64,000 nucleotides of DNA, taken from NCBI GenBank assembly GCA_015067715.1, contig SVLY01000007.1, positions 1,729-65,728 of the forward strand. Direction: 5' to 3'. This stretch comes from Oscillospiraceae bacterium (GTDB lineage Bacteria; Bacillota; Clostridia; Oscillospirales; QAMX01). A program made the position numbers and the translations under genes. The notes beneath the pieces are model-generated. The model did not search any database, had not been told where the DNA came from, and worked only from the letters and a program-made list of their open reading frames with translations. Of this stretch, positions 9,716-19,493 are shown piece by piece (positions within the stretch are counted from its first letter, which is position 1; the number at the start of each line of letters is the position of its first letter).

Positions 9716-10468
9716 TTAAAGGGCGGCAAGGCTTTCCAGGGACAGATCGCCCCCGTATATGTCCAAAGCGCTGCCAACGGTGAAATAAACCCTGCCCTCC
9801 GTACGGGCGATAAAGCTCTCCGCGTCTGCCATGGATGCGAGCCCTCCGGCGTAGGTCACGGGAAGACTGCCCGGAAGCGAGGCGTAGGCGGCTAAAATGT
9901 CCACAACGGCGCTGTCCGCTCCGGCGCGCTTACCCTCGCTGGATACGGCGTGGACCAGAAACTCACAGCAGTAAGGGCTGAGCTCCCAGAGAAGCTCCGG
10001 CGTGAGAGCGTCATTCGTAACCGTGCGCCAGCGGTCGCAGGCGATGCGGCACCCATCTTCTGCTGAAACACAGCTCAGATCCAAAATGAGCTTGTCCCTG
10101 CCAACGGCAGAGGAGAGCTCCCGGACCTTTTCAAAGGAGAGCCTGCTGTTTTCGAAGATGGCAGAGGTGACGATAACGGCATAGGCTCCGGCGTCCAGAA
10201 AGCGCTTTGCGTTGGAGGCGTTAATGCCTCCTCCAACGGACATTCCTCCGGGATAGGCCGAAAGGGCCTCGATTGCCGCGGCTTCGTTGCCGGGTCCCAG
10301 CATTATAACGTGGGCGCCGGAAAGCTGACGGTCGCGGAAGAGCCCGGCAAACCACCCGGGGCTCTTTTCTGCAACGAAGTTTTCCTTGAGTTCGCCGGTC
10401 TCCAGAGTTGAGCCGACGATCTGTTTTACCTTGCCGCTGTGAAGGTCAATGCAGGGACGGAAGAGCAT
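9716..10468 (-). CDS. hisA: ProFAR isomerase, eukaryotic His6-type HisA
   Basis: CIDLHSGKVKQIVGSTL, VGGGIN, DLSC and VYAGG blocks are colinear with yeast His6. Confidence 0.8.
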   Translation of the reverse strand: MLFRPCIDLHSGKVKQIVGSTLETGELKENFVAEKSPGWFAGLFRDRQLSGAHVIMLGPGNEAAAIEALSAYPGGMSVGGGINASNAKRFLDAGAYAVIVTSAIFENSRLSFEKVRELSSAVGRDKLILDLSCVSAEDGCRIACDRWRTVTNDALTPELLWELSPYCCEFLVHAVSSEGKRAGADSAVVDILAAYASLPGSLPVTYAGGLASMADAESFIARTEGRVYFTVGSALDIYGGDLSLESLAAL

Positions 10469-10470
10469 TT

Positions 10471-11409
10471 TTACTCCTCAATGTAGTCTGCAACCAGCTT
10501 TTCAAGACCGGCCATGTCTTTTCCGCAGACGGGAGCCACGTTGGGCGTGATGCTCCAGACCTCGGTGGCGGAGATGGTCTCGCCGGGGTCGACGGGGGCC
10601 AGCTTGGAAAGGCTTTCGATCTCGAGGAACTTGGGGTTGGTGTAGAGCTCGCCGTTGCAGCCGTCGTCCGGGTAGGCGGAGCCGGCGTAATAGGGGAAGC
10701 GCTTTACGAACAGGGCGTTGTGGCAGAGATATGCCAGCCAGCCGCGCTCGTTGGCGGTGCCCAGCTTAAAGGCGTGGTCAACGTTTTTGTCCTGCTGAAC
10801 GGAGATGAGCTCCTTGCCCCAGCAGACTCTGGGGTCGGACATATCGGCGTAGCTCCAGAGGGAGATGGTGCGGTTGTGGAGCAGGCCGTTGTCACGGGTG
10901 TTCTGGGGGACGATGCCAAGACCGCCCTCGCACATGACGGAGATCTGCCACAGGCCGAAGGTCTGGGGCTTGTCAGAGGTGTTGGTTGCGGTTGCGGTGA
11001 CCTGGGCAACACCGTCGTTCTCCTCGAGGGTGACGGTGAGAGTTTCAATGACCATATTCATGTCCTGTTCGGGGGGCATGAAGGTGGCGCTGTTGCCGTT
11101 GACGGTGTATTCAACGGGGTCATGGTCGGGGTAGTAGGTGTTGGGCTCGATCTCGGGAGTGAGCCAGATGCGGTGGCCGCCGTAGGTGCGCCAGTAGGAG
11201 CCGTCGCCGAAATACTCGTCGTAGGCGGGTCCCTTGTTTACGACCTCTGCGGTTTTATCCTCGAACATAAAGTTCTCCCCGCCCTTCTGGGCAAGGCGGA
11301 TAATGCGGGGACCGAAGTCCAGAGTTACGTAAAGCTCGATAAAGTCGTTTTCCATGGCCAGAACGCGGCCGAAAGGAGCATAATCCTTTTCGTATATAGA
11401 TACTGCCAT
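10471..11409 (-). CDS. hypothetical protein (beta-rich, possibly mutarotase-like / DUF4380-like)
   Basis: 312-aa ORF from MAVSIYEKDY. It ends 2 nt before the hisA-like start. The N-terminal extension in the ORF track lacks an SD. Confidence 0.5.
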   Translation of the reverse strand: MAVSIYEKDYAPFGRVLAMENDFIELYVTLDFGPRIIRLAQKGGENFMFEDKTAEVVNKGPAYDEYFGDGSYWRTYGGHRIWLTPEIEPNTYYPDHDPVEYTVNGNSATFMPPEQDMNMVIETLTVTLEENDGVAQVTATATNTSDKPQTFGLWQISVMCEGGLGIVPQNTRDNGLLHNRTISLWSYADMSDPRVCWGKELISVQQDKNVDHAFKLGTANERGWLAYLCHNALFVKRFPYYAGSAYPDDGCNGELYTNPKFLEIESLSKLAPVDPGETISATEVWSITPNVAPVCGKDMAGLEKLVADYIEE

Positions 11410-11582
11410 TGTGTTACCTCCGGTTTTACAGTTTAATCTTTTTATGATTATAACACAGGCGGAATGTTTTTTCAATAAGCCCCAAAAAAATATATGTTCA
11501 CGGGTCTTGTTTTCCGGAGAAAGATGATGTAAAATATAGGTAATAAATTTGATCTTGAAAAAAAGATCCGGAGGTTATCACT

Positions 11583-12395
11583 ATGGAAGGTTTTAAGGCA
11601 TTTCTCTCTCAGGCTTTGACGTTCTGTCTGAGCCTTGGCGGCAAGCTCCTCTGGGCGGGTCTCATCCTGCTGGCTGGCTTTGTCGGCATCCGTCTTATCG
11701 GCAAGTTCATGGAAAAGAGCAAGGGCTTCCAGAAGCTGGATAAGGCTATCCAGAGCTTCACCCGCAGCTTCGTTAAGATCGTTCTCTGGACCATCGTCCT
11801 TGTGGCGGTCGTATCCGTCCTGGGCGTTCCCGTCTCTTCCCTCATCGCCATCATCTCTGCTGCCGGTCTGGCCATCGGCCTTGCTCTTCAGGGCGCCCTG
11901 TCCAACTTCGCAGGCGGCATTATGATCCTCATCTTCAGACCCTTCGGCATCGGCGACTACGTTTCTGCCGCCGGCGCAGAGGGCTCTGTCAAGGAGATCA
12001 CCGTTTTCTACACCAAGATCATCACCGTTGACAACAAGCTCATCACCGTTCCCAACGGCGCTCTTATGAACGCCAACGTCACCAACTTCAGCTCCGAGCC
12101 CACCCGCCGTGTTGACATTCCTGTCACCGTGGCCTACGGCACCGACGCCGCCGTCGTCACCGACATCATGCTGGCCGCCGCCGCCGATCCCAGAGTGATC
12201 GCTGAGCCCGCTCCCGTCGTTGTCCAGACCAACTCCACCGACAACGGCAGAGAGATCACTCTCCGCGTCTGGGTCAACAACGCCGACTACTGGGATGTTC
12301 GCTTTGACGTTACCGAGCGTGTTTTCGCCGGTCTTGCCGAAAAGGGCATCAAGCCCGCAACCGCCAGAGTTTCCGTGGTTGCCGAGGGCAAGTAA
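11583..12395 (+). CDS. mechanosensitive ion channel family protein (MscS-type)
   Basis: Three TM helices, the pore helix GLALQGALSNFAGGIMILIFRPF, and a beta domain. Confidence 0.85.
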   Translation: MEGFKAFLSQALTFCLSLGGKLLWAGLILLAGFVGIRLIGKFMEKSKGFQKLDKAIQSFTRSFVKIVLWTIVLVAVVSVLGVPVSSLIAIISAAGLAIGLALQGALSNFAGGIMILIFRPFGIGDYVSAAGAEGSVKEITVFYTKIITVDNKLITVPNGALMNANVTNFSSEPTRRVDIPVTVAYGTDAAVVTDIMLAAAADPRVIAEPAPVVVQTNSTDNGREITLRVWVNNADYWDVRFDVTERVFAGLAEKGIKPATARVSVVAEGK

Positions 12396-12425
12396 GCGTT
12401 TATCGCTTCAAAGCCGGAAAGATCT

Positions 12426-12466
12426 GCTTCGCTTCCCCGCCTTTTGGGGGAGCGAAGCTTTTTTTC
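12426..12466 (+). terminator. rho-independent terminator
   Basis: GCTTCGCTTCCCC...GGGGAGCGAAGC followed by T8. Confidence 0.85.
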
Positions 12467-12571
12467 TTTCCGGGGTAAAAAAGTTTATTTCTTCAGGTTG
12501 ACTTTGACCGGAGATGAATATATAATAAATCTGTTCCCTGACAGTACAGACAAAGTCTTAAAAAAGGAGAT

Positions 12572-13456
12572 TTGACTCATATGGACTTTACCAAGCACAC
12601 CGATTGCTTCACCCTTTCCAACGGCGTGAAGATACCCTGTATAGGCTACGGCACCTGGAAGACCGAGGACGGCGCCCAGACCCGGGACAGTGTTTCCGCC
12701 GCCATTTCCTGCGGCTACCGCCACGTTGACACCGCTTTTGCCTACGGCAACGAGGTATCCGTGGGCGAGGGTATCCGCGCCTCCGGAGTTGCAAGAGAGG
12801 ATATTTTCCTCACCACAAAGCACTGGGTCACCTTCCGTGGCTACGAGGCCACCGTCGCCACCTTTGAGGACTCCCTGAAGAATCTGGGCACCGACTACGT
12901 TGACCTCTATCTTATCCACTGGCCGGCGGTTGAAAAGATAACGCCTGACTGGAAAGAGTTGAACGCCTCCACCTGGGCCGGCTTTGAAAAGCTCTATAAG
13001 GACGGAAAGATCCGCGCTATCGGCGTTTCCAACTTTGAGCAGAAGCATCTGGAAGCCCTGGGCGAATATGCCGAGATCATGCCCATGGTCAACCAGATAG
13101 AGTTCCACCCCGGCTATTCCCAGCTGGAGCTTGCAAAATACTGCCAGAATAAGGGCATTCTCGTTCAGGCGTGGAGTCCGCTTGGCTCCGGCGCGGTGCT
13201 CTCCGACGAGGGTCTTGCCGCCATGGCCGGAAAGTACGGTAAGAGCGTTGCCCAGCTCTGCATCCGCTACGCTCTCCAGCACGACGTTCTGCCCCTGCCC
13301 AAATCCCTCAAGCCCCAGCGCATTGCCGCCAACGCGGAGGTCTTTGATTTTGAGATCGACGAAGAGGATATCGCCGTTCTCGAGACCATGCCCGAGCTTG
13401 GCTTCAGCGGCTTCAAAGCCGAGGAAGCCCCCGCAGACGCACTTGTAAACGGCTGA
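12572..13456 (+). CDS. aldo/keto reductase (2,5-diketo-D-gluconate reductase-like)
   Basis: GYGTWK, GYRHVDTAFAYGNE, LIHWP and IGVSNF motifs. Confidence 0.9.
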   Translation: MTHMDFTKHTDCFTLSNGVKIPCIGYGTWKTEDGAQTRDSVSAAISCGYRHVDTAFAYGNEVSVGEGIRASGVAREDIFLTTKHWVTFRGYEATVATFEDSLKNLGTDYVDLYLIHWPAVEKITPDWKELNASTWAGFEKLYKDGKIRAIGVSNFEQKHLEALGEYAEIMPMVNQIEFHPGYSQLELAKYCQNKGILVQAWSPLGSGAVLSDEGLAAMAGKYGKSVAQLCIRYALQHDVLPLPKSLKPQRIAANAEVFDFEIDEEDIAVLETMPELGFSGFKAEEAPADALVNG

Positions 13457-13472
13457 GACAACAGTCTTTCCC

Positions 13473-13508
13473 GCGCCCTTTTCCTGACTTTGGAAAAGGG
13501 CGCTTTTT
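13473..13508 (+). terminator. rho-independent terminator
   Basis: GCGCCCTTTTCC-TGACTTT-GGAAAAGGGCGC followed by T5. Confidence 0.9.
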
Positions 13509-13544
13509 ATCTTGGGGAACAGGCGCGAACCGCGCGGAAAAGTA

Positions 13545-13573
13545 TTGCAAAATTCTTTGCTACATGGTATAAT
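13545..13573 (+). promoter_or_regulatory. sigma-A promoter with extended -10
   Basis: TTGCAA, 17 nt, TGgTATAAT. Confidence 0.7.
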
Positions 13574-13710
13574 TTACGGAGTATTTACAATGGTTTTACC
13601 TTTGAGTAACACCTGAGTCAAGTTTTATGGTGTATTATACTCAGGATGAAAACTTAACTGGGGCGCAAAGAACTTTGCGTTCCCTTTGAACAAAACGGGG
13701 GTATGAAGTT
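13574..13710 (+). promoter_or_regulatory. ~135-nt structured 5' leader of the ABC operon, class unknown
   Basis: Stems CCTGAGT...ACTCAGG and GCGCAAAG-AAC-TTTGCG(T). A 3-codon uORF (ATG AAG TTT TGA) overlaps the TTG start. Confidence 0.3.
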
Positions 13711-14736
13711 TTGATTGAGGTTAAGAATCTGACAAAGATCTACGGCGGCGGTGTCAAAGCTGTAGACAACATCAGCTTCAGGATCGAACCCGGAAAGATC
13801 TACGGTTTCCTTGGGCCCAACGGCGCCGGAAAGTCCACCACAATGAATATCATGACCGGTTACCTTGCCGCCACTTCCGGCACTGTTACCATCAACGGTT
13901 ACGATATTTACAGGGACGCCAAAAAGGCCAAGAGCTGCATCGGCTATCTGCCCGAGCAGCCTCCGCTCTATATGGAGCTCACTCCCAAGGAATATCTTGA
14001 GATCTGTGCCGGTCTTAAGAAGGTCCCGAAGGACAAGCGTGCCATGGAAGTTGCCGGCGTTATCAAGCGCACCGGACTTACCAAGGTTCAGGACAGGCTT
14101 ATCAGAAGCCTTTCCAAGGGCTATAAACAGCGTGTCGGCCTGGCTCAGGCTCTGCTGGGAAGCCCGGAGATCATCATTCTCGACGAGCCCACGGTCGGTC
14201 TTGACCCGATCCAGATCATCGAGATCCGCGATCTTATCAAATCTCTGAAAAAAGACCACACGGTCATTCTCTCCAGCCACATCCTCACCGAGGTGGACGA
14301 GATCTGCGACAGCATTATCATCATCAACAAGGGTAAGCTGGTCGCCGAGGACACCACCAAGAACCTTGGCTCTTCCGACGGCAAGGAGCTTCTCGTTCTC
14401 ACCGTCAGAGGCAAGAAAGAGGCTGTCCGCTCCGTTATCCTCAAGACCGTCGGCGAAAAGGTCGGCCTTGCATTCTCCAACTCTTCCGAGTCCGACTGCA
14501 TCGACGTCCGCATTGAATACACCGCCGGCCGGGATATCCGCGAGGATCTCTCCTATGCCTTTGCCGTTGAGCGCATTCCCGTTCTCGGCATGCGCAAGGA
14601 GACCGTAAGCCTTGAAGAGGTCTTTATCGAGTACACCGCAAACGACAAGTCCGGGGAAAAGCCTGCCGACATTTACGAGTATGAAAAGGCAGAAAATCCC
14701 GTTCTCAACGGCGGCGACGGGGAGGGTAAACAGTAA
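13711..14736 (+). CDS. ABC transporter ATP-binding protein (GldA-like)
   Basis: Walker A GPNGAGKST, signature LSKGYKQR, Walker B IIILDEP. TTG start with a GGGGG SD. Confidence 0.9.
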   Translation: MIEVKNLTKIYGGGVKAVDNISFRIEPGKIYGFLGPNGAGKSTTMNIMTGYLAATSGTVTINGYDIYRDAKKAKSCIGYLPEQPPLYMELTPKEYLEICAGLKKVPKDKRAMEVAGVIKRTGLTKVQDRLIRSLSKGYKQRVGLAQALLGSPEIIILDEPTVGLDPIQIIEIRDLIKSLKKDHTVILSSHILTEVDEICDSIIIINKGKLVAEDTTKNLGSSDGKELLVLTVRGKKEAVRSVILKTVGEKVGLAFSNSSESDCIDVRIEYTAGRDIREDLSYAFAVERIPVLGMRKETVSLEEVFIEYTANDKSGEKPADIYEYEKAENPVLNGGDGEGKQ

Positions 14737-14739
14737 AAC

Positions 14740-15612
14740 ATGGAAAGTATTTACAAAAAGGAAATGAAGGTCATGTTCTCGGGAATGATGGGCTTTATCT
14801 TCATTGCCGTTATGCTTGTGGTTGTGGGCATCTTCACAAAGGTTTACAACCTCGGCGGCGCAAGAGCCTTTTCCAACTTCGAGTACAGCCTTAACGGCGG
14901 CATCTGGGCATATCTGGTCATTGTCCCTGTGCTGACCATGCGCTCCATGGCCGAAGAGACCCGCAGCAAGACCGACCAGCTGCTGTTCACCTCTCCCGTT
15001 TCAATGAGCGATATTATTCTGGGCAAGTTCTTTGCCATGGCCACTGTCATCGGCATTCCCTGCCTTATCTTCTGCGTCTATCCCATCATCTTCTCCGCCT
15101 ACGGCGTTGTCAACTACCTCACCGCCTACGCCGGAATCCTTATCTTCTTCCTGCTGGGCGCAATGCTCATCAGCGTGGGTCTGTTCATCTCCACCCTCAC
15201 CGACAGCCAGATCATCGCCGCTGTCTGTTCCTTCGGCGTGGTGCTCATGACCCTTCTCATGTCCTCCATCATCAGCATGGTCGAGTCCTCCAGCATTGGC
15301 TCCATGGCGGTTTTCACCGTTGTCATCGCCCTTGTGACCCTGCTCGCCCAGGTCATGACGAAGGACTGGACCGTGGCTCTGATCGTTGGCATCGTTCTGG
15401 AATGCGGCGTTCTTGCCATGTTCTTTATCGATTCAACCATTCTCGAGACCGCGCTTTCCTCTGTGCTGAGCGCTCTTGCGGTTCTTGATATGGTGGATTC
15501 TATCCTGTTCGACGGACTTATCGACTGGACCGTTTACGTTTACTTTATCAGCGTGACCGTAATGTTCCTGTTCCTTTCCGTCCAGTCCCTTGAAAAGCGG
15601 AGGTGGAGCTGA
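14740..15612 (+). CDS. ABC-2 type permease (GldF-like)
   Basis: Six hydrophobic helices. It begins 4 nt after the ATPase gene. Confidence 0.8.
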   Translation: MESIYKKEMKVMFSGMMGFIFIAVMLVVVGIFTKVYNLGGARAFSNFEYSLNGGIWAYLVIVPVLTMRSMAEETRSKTDQLLFTSPVSMSDIILGKFFAMATVIGIPCLIFCVYPIIFSAYGVVNYLTAYAGILIFFLLGAMLISVGLFISTLTDSQIIAAVCSFGVVLMTLLMSSIISMVESSSIGSMAVFTVVIALVTLLAQVMTKDWTVALIVGIVLECGVLAMFFIDSTILETALSSVLSALAVLDMVDSILFDGLIDWTVYVYFISVTVMFLFLSVQSLEKRRWS

Positions 15613-17120
15613 TGAAAAAGAACCAACAGAAGAACAGGCTCACTGTCCGTGCCGGCGGATATTCCCTGATCCTTTGCGTTATCGTCGTTGCCATCGTCGT
15701 GGTGCTGAACGTTCTGCTGAGCCTGCTTCCCTCAAACATTGCCGCGCCCGACTTTTCCGCAATGCAGCTCTACGATTTCACCGAGCAGACCGAAGAGATG
15801 GTCAAAGAGCTTGACGACGATATCACCGTTTATTTCTGGACCGCAGACGACGGCGGAAACAGCATTATCATCCAGGAATTTTTGGACCGTGTTTCCGCGC
15901 TGAGCTCCAATTTAAAGGTGAAGACAGTCTATCCCGACAGAGATCCCGCCTTTATCTACAACTACGTTGAAGAGGGTGAAGAGCCCCCCACCAACAGCCT
16001 TGTTTTCGTAAGCGACAAGCGCTTTAAGATCGTCAACTACACCGACATGTTCACCTGGAGCGACAGCGCCTACCAGACCATGTACACCATGATCTATCAG
16101 TACGGCTACAGCGCCGAGGAAGTCATGGCCAGCATTCCCTACGACGTTTTCTCCGCTGAGAACGCCTTTGTCAACGCCATTGACTACGTCACCACCGAGA
16201 AGCTCCCCGTGGTTTACATGCTTCGCGGCCACGGCGAGACCGACCTTGACACCGTTGTCTCCAAGTACACCACCGATGCCAACTACAGCCTGGTAAAAAT
16301 GGAAGAGGGCAACAGCCTTCTCGCTCTGGAAGCGGTTCCCCAGGATGCCAACTGTGTTATCATCAATTCCCCCAGCTCCGACCTTACCGAGGACGAGTAC
16401 AACAAGCTCATGGCCTATTTCGAGAGAGGCGGCTCCATTATCCTCTTCACCGATATCCGCTTTGACGCTGCTGCCTGCCCCAATTTTGCCAAGCTCTGCG
16501 AGGCCTTTGGTCTTCAGGCTGTTCCCGGCGTCGTGCTGGAGACCGGCGCAAACTATATGCAGCTGCCCTTCAACATCATTGCCAACAAGGTCGCTCACGA
16601 GATCACCGATCCCCTCATCAGCGCCGGTTCCTACGTGTTCACCCCCATGGGTCACGGCATAACCAAGATCGACAGCTACCGTTCCTCCCTTGAGTTCTCC
16701 ACCCTGCTTGAGACCTCCAACGGAGCATATTCCAAGATCATCACCGAAGGCCAGAGCCTTGACAGCTACGACAAGGCCGAGGGCGACGTTGACGGTCCCT
16801 TTATGATGGGCGTTCTGGTTGAAGAGGCCGTCGGCGCCGACGCCACCGGCAGATTCTTCTGGTATTCCGCATCTCCCATGCTCACCGACACCTACGCTTC
16901 CGTTTCCGACGGCGCTCTGAACCTGTTCCTCAACACTCTTGCCTACGGCAGCGAGCGTGTGGACACCATCACCGTCAGAACCATCACCATGTCCAACAGC
17001 AGACTTGAGATCAGCTCCGCTGCCGCTCTTGCATGGACCGTGGTGCTCGTCATCCTCGTTCCCATCCTTCTCATCGTCGCCGGATTTGTTATCTGGTTTA
17101 TCAGGAGAATGCGTAAATGA
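15612..17120 (+). CDS. GldG-like ABC-associated auxiliary protein
   Basis: N- and C-terminal TM anchors flank a large extracytoplasmic domain. ATG 15612 overlaps the upstream TGA (TGATG) and has a GGAGGTGGAG SD. Confidence 0.7.
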   Translation: MKKNQQKNRLTVRAGGYSLILCVIVVAIVVVLNVLLSLLPSNIAAPDFSAMQLYDFTEQTEEMVKELDDDITVYFWTADDGGNSIIIQEFLDRVSALSSNLKVKTVYPDRDPAFIYNYVEEGEEPPTNSLVFVSDKRFKIVNYTDMFTWSDSAYQTMYTMIYQYGYSAEEVMASIPYDVFSAENAFVNAIDYVTTEKLPVVYMLRGHGETDLDTVVSKYTTDANYSLVKMEEGNSLLALEAVPQDANCVIINSPSSDLTEDEYNKLMAYFERGGSIILFTDIRFDAAACPNFAKLCEAFGLQAVPGVVLETGANYMQLPFNIIANKVAHEITDPLISAGSYVFTPMGHGITKIDSYRSSLEFSTLLETSNGAYSKIITEGQSLDSYDKAEGDVDGPFMMGVLVEEAVGADATGRFFWYSASPMLTDTYASVSDGALNLFLNTLAYGSERVDTITVRTITMSNSRLEISSAAALAWTVVLVILVPILLIVAGFVIWFIRRMRK

Positions 17121-18580
17121 AGCCCTGGGTAAAGATTCTCATTCTTGTGGCGGCTTTGGCCGTCTGCGTTGCCGGATGTTTCATTGTTGTGGACATTGTG
17201 AAGAACAACGATGATACTCCCGAGATCGACACCGATACCGTCATTGTTGGCGGCTTCGACAACGATATCCAGAGTATCACCTACACCTATCAGGGCAACA
17301 CCGCAGAGTTTAAGCTTGTGAACTACAGCTGGGTGAACCCCGCGGACGAAGAGATGCCTCTGAGACAGGAGGATCTGGACGATCTTGCAAAGCTCCTGCG
17401 TGACGGCGCAAAGTCCGTGCGCATGGTGGACGATACCGGAAGCCTTGTGAAAAGCGAAGGCTTCGGCCTGGATCAGCCCGCTCTTTCCATTCGCGCGTCC
17501 GACGGCACCGTTGCAAAGACCGTTTATATTGGTGACTTCAACAGCGCCTTTGACGCCTATTATGCAAATATCGAAGGCTCTGCCGAGGTTCACCTCATTG
17601 CCGCCGATATTCCCGAGGCTTTCATGAAGGACATTTTTGCCCTTGCGGTTGAAGCCGAGGCTTACCCCGAGATCTCCTATGAGGACGTTATCCGCATCAG
17701 CCTCTTCGACGGAGCTGACAGGCGCGAAATGGCCTACAGCGAGGGCGGCTCCGAGGAGCTCTATTCCGACTACTACACCTGGTTTGAGCAGGACGCTTCC
17801 GGAGAGTACAACGCCCTTCGCACAAGCGCCATGACCGTTCTCTGCGAAGAGCTTGTCTCCTTTGACGAGATCGCCTGCGTTGCCTACGCTTCCGACGGCG
17901 AAACTCTTGCCGCCTACGGGCTGGACAAGGACTTCCGCGGCTTTAAGATCGGCTATATCGGCGAGATCGACGTTGAAAACGACGTTGGCGTTGAGACCCA
18001 GGAAGCCGAGCTTGAGCTTGAGGTCAAGTTCAGCCGTGCGGACGGCGAGGGAAACTGCTACATGATCTGGGAAGGTAATCCCACGGTCTACAGAGTTTCT
18101 GCCGAAAAGGCCGATGCCGTTATGGGCGCTCTTACTGCGGATCTCACTCCCGACGAGGTCTGTGCCATCAGCCTTGATTCCGTTGAGTCCTTCAACGTGG
18201 TCTACAACGGCGCTGAGATCAACGTGGTCAGAACCCAGAGCACCATCGCCGGCACCAACGGCGCTGAGGCCACTGTGACCAATATCTTCACCGCCAACGG
18301 CATGGTGGTTGACGCGACCAGCGTCAACAATTTCTACGACGGTCTGCTGGCCCTCACCGTTGAAGGCCGCGCCGAGGCCGGCACCTGGGAAGACGGCGCC
18401 GAGCCCCATATGACCGTCACCTTCTCCCGCAATACCGAGAACTTCACGGAAATGACCCTTTACGTCTACGAGTACAACGTGAACTTCTACCGCATCTCCT
18501 TTAACGGTGTGGACGATATGCTCGTCAGCATCCGCGACATCGACAACATGGGCGATGCCATCCTCCGTACTCTGAAGTAA
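17117..18580 (+). CDS. DUF4340 domain-containing protein
   Basis: Signal-anchor helix. ATGA overlap with the gldG-like gene. This is the typical fourth gene of such operons. Confidence 0.65.
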   Translation: MKPWVKILILVAALAVCVAGCFIVVDIVKNNDDTPEIDTDTVIVGGFDNDIQSITYTYQGNTAEFKLVNYSWVNPADEEMPLRQEDLDDLAKLLRDGAKSVRMVDDTGSLVKSEGFGLDQPALSIRASDGTVAKTVYIGDFNSAFDAYYANIEGSAEVHLIAADIPEAFMKDIFALAVEAEAYPEISYEDVIRISLFDGADRREMAYSEGGSEELYSDYYTWFEQDASGEYNALRTSAMTVLCEELVSFDEIACVAYASDGETLAAYGLDKDFRGFKIGYIGEIDVENDVGVETQEAELELEVKFSRADGEGNCYMIWEGNPTVYRVSAEKADAVMGALTADLTPDEVCAISLDSVESFNVVYNGAEINVVRTQSTIAGTNGAEATVTNIFTANGMVVDATSVNNFYDGLLALTVEGRAEAGTWEDGAEPHMTVTFSRNTENFTEMTLYVYEYNVNFYRISFNGVDDMLVSIRDIDNMGDAILRTLK

Positions 18581-18582
18581 AA
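18559..18582 (+). repeat. 24-bp direct repeat, copy 1 (3' end of DUF4340 gene incl. stop)
   Basis: CATCCTCCGTACTCTGAAGTAAAA is identical to 19494-19517. Confidence 0.95.
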
Positions 18583-18593
18583 TAAACCAAAAA

Positions 18594-18622
18594 CGCCGCG
18601 GCTTGAGCCGCGGCGTTTTTTT
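18594..18622 (+). terminator. rho-independent terminator
   Basis: CGCCGCGGC-TTGA-GCCGCGGCG followed by T7. Confidence 0.9.
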
Positions 18623-18625
18623 GCG

Positions 18626-18655
18626 TTGACAACGGGTGGTCCTCTGTGGTAAAAT
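18626..18655 (+). promoter_or_regulatory. sigma-A promoter with extended -10 for HEAT-repeat gene
   Basis: TTGACA, 18 nt, TGgTAAAAT. Confidence 0.6.
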
Positions 18656-18807
18656 CAAAAAAGAAATGCTCTGCCGCGGAGCCTGGCGGATCGATATTGT
18701 AGCAGTCAGTCCCGGGTAGGTCAGATTTGCCCGACCGGAGTTTTTTTAGCGTAGGTCGATCACGGGAAAAGTGGCGGCTGATATTATGTAGCTTTCCGGA
18801 GAACACT

Positions 18808-19479
18808 ATGGAATACAGGACAGAAGCGGTTGATAAACTGATCGATTGCTATGACAGGGGAATATCGCCATTCTCGGTATATGACGGGAACGAAATTGAC
18901 CGTCTTGTCTCGGATCCTGATGGGCAGATCAGAGCGTGGCTTGCCAAAGCTCTGGTGAGTGATTTTGGTAACCCCGATTCACTGAAGTATCTGTGCAGAT
19001 TGGCATCGGATCCAGAGTCTGACGTCCGAGTGGAAGCAATTGACTCTCTGAGTGAATATATTTGTGAAGACAGCTTGAGGGTACTGACGGGGGCTTTGAA
19101 TGACCCTGACAGTCTGGTACGGGGGTATGCTGCATTCGGTGTATCAAACGTTGGAAAAGTAATTTCTCCGTCGGAATCAAGTGGGGCATTGTTGAGCCTT
19201 GAATGCAAAGAAAAGGATGAATTCGTTCTTGTCGGAATTTATGAAGGGCTCTATATGCTTGGTTCGGAGTCTTATTTGGATAGGCTTATCTCGCTGTTTT
19301 CTTCTGATGATTATCATATCCAGTGTGCCGTTATTCACTCATTGGAGAACGTGCTTTCAGAACGCAATGCGGAGCAGATAGGAAGTTTTCTTGATGAAAC
19401 AGATATTGCTGAGTATCCCGTAGCAGTATCTTGTGCAGTGGAGGAGCTGAGGAAAACGCTTACGGGTATCGGGCGGTAA
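18808..19479 (+). CDS. HEAT-repeat (PBS-lyase HEAT-like) protein
   Basis: Repeated D-P/E-x-VR units (DPDGQIRAWLAKAL, DPESDVRVEAIDSL, DPDSLVRGYAAFGV). GC and GC3 are visibly lower than in neighbours. ATG 18808 is preferred over the TTG-extended ORF. Confidence 0.7.
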   Translation: MEYRTEAVDKLIDCYDRGISPFSVYDGNEIDRLVSDPDGQIRAWLAKALVSDFGNPDSLKYLCRLASDPESDVRVEAIDSLSEYICEDSLRVLTGALNDPDSLVRGYAAFGVSNVGKVISPSESSGALLSLECKEKDEFVLVGIYEGLYMLGSESYLDRLISLFSSDDYHIQCAVIHSLENVLSERNAEQIGSFLDETDIAEYPVAVSCAVEELRKTLTGIGR

Positions 19480-19493
19480 CCTCGGGTGTTAGT

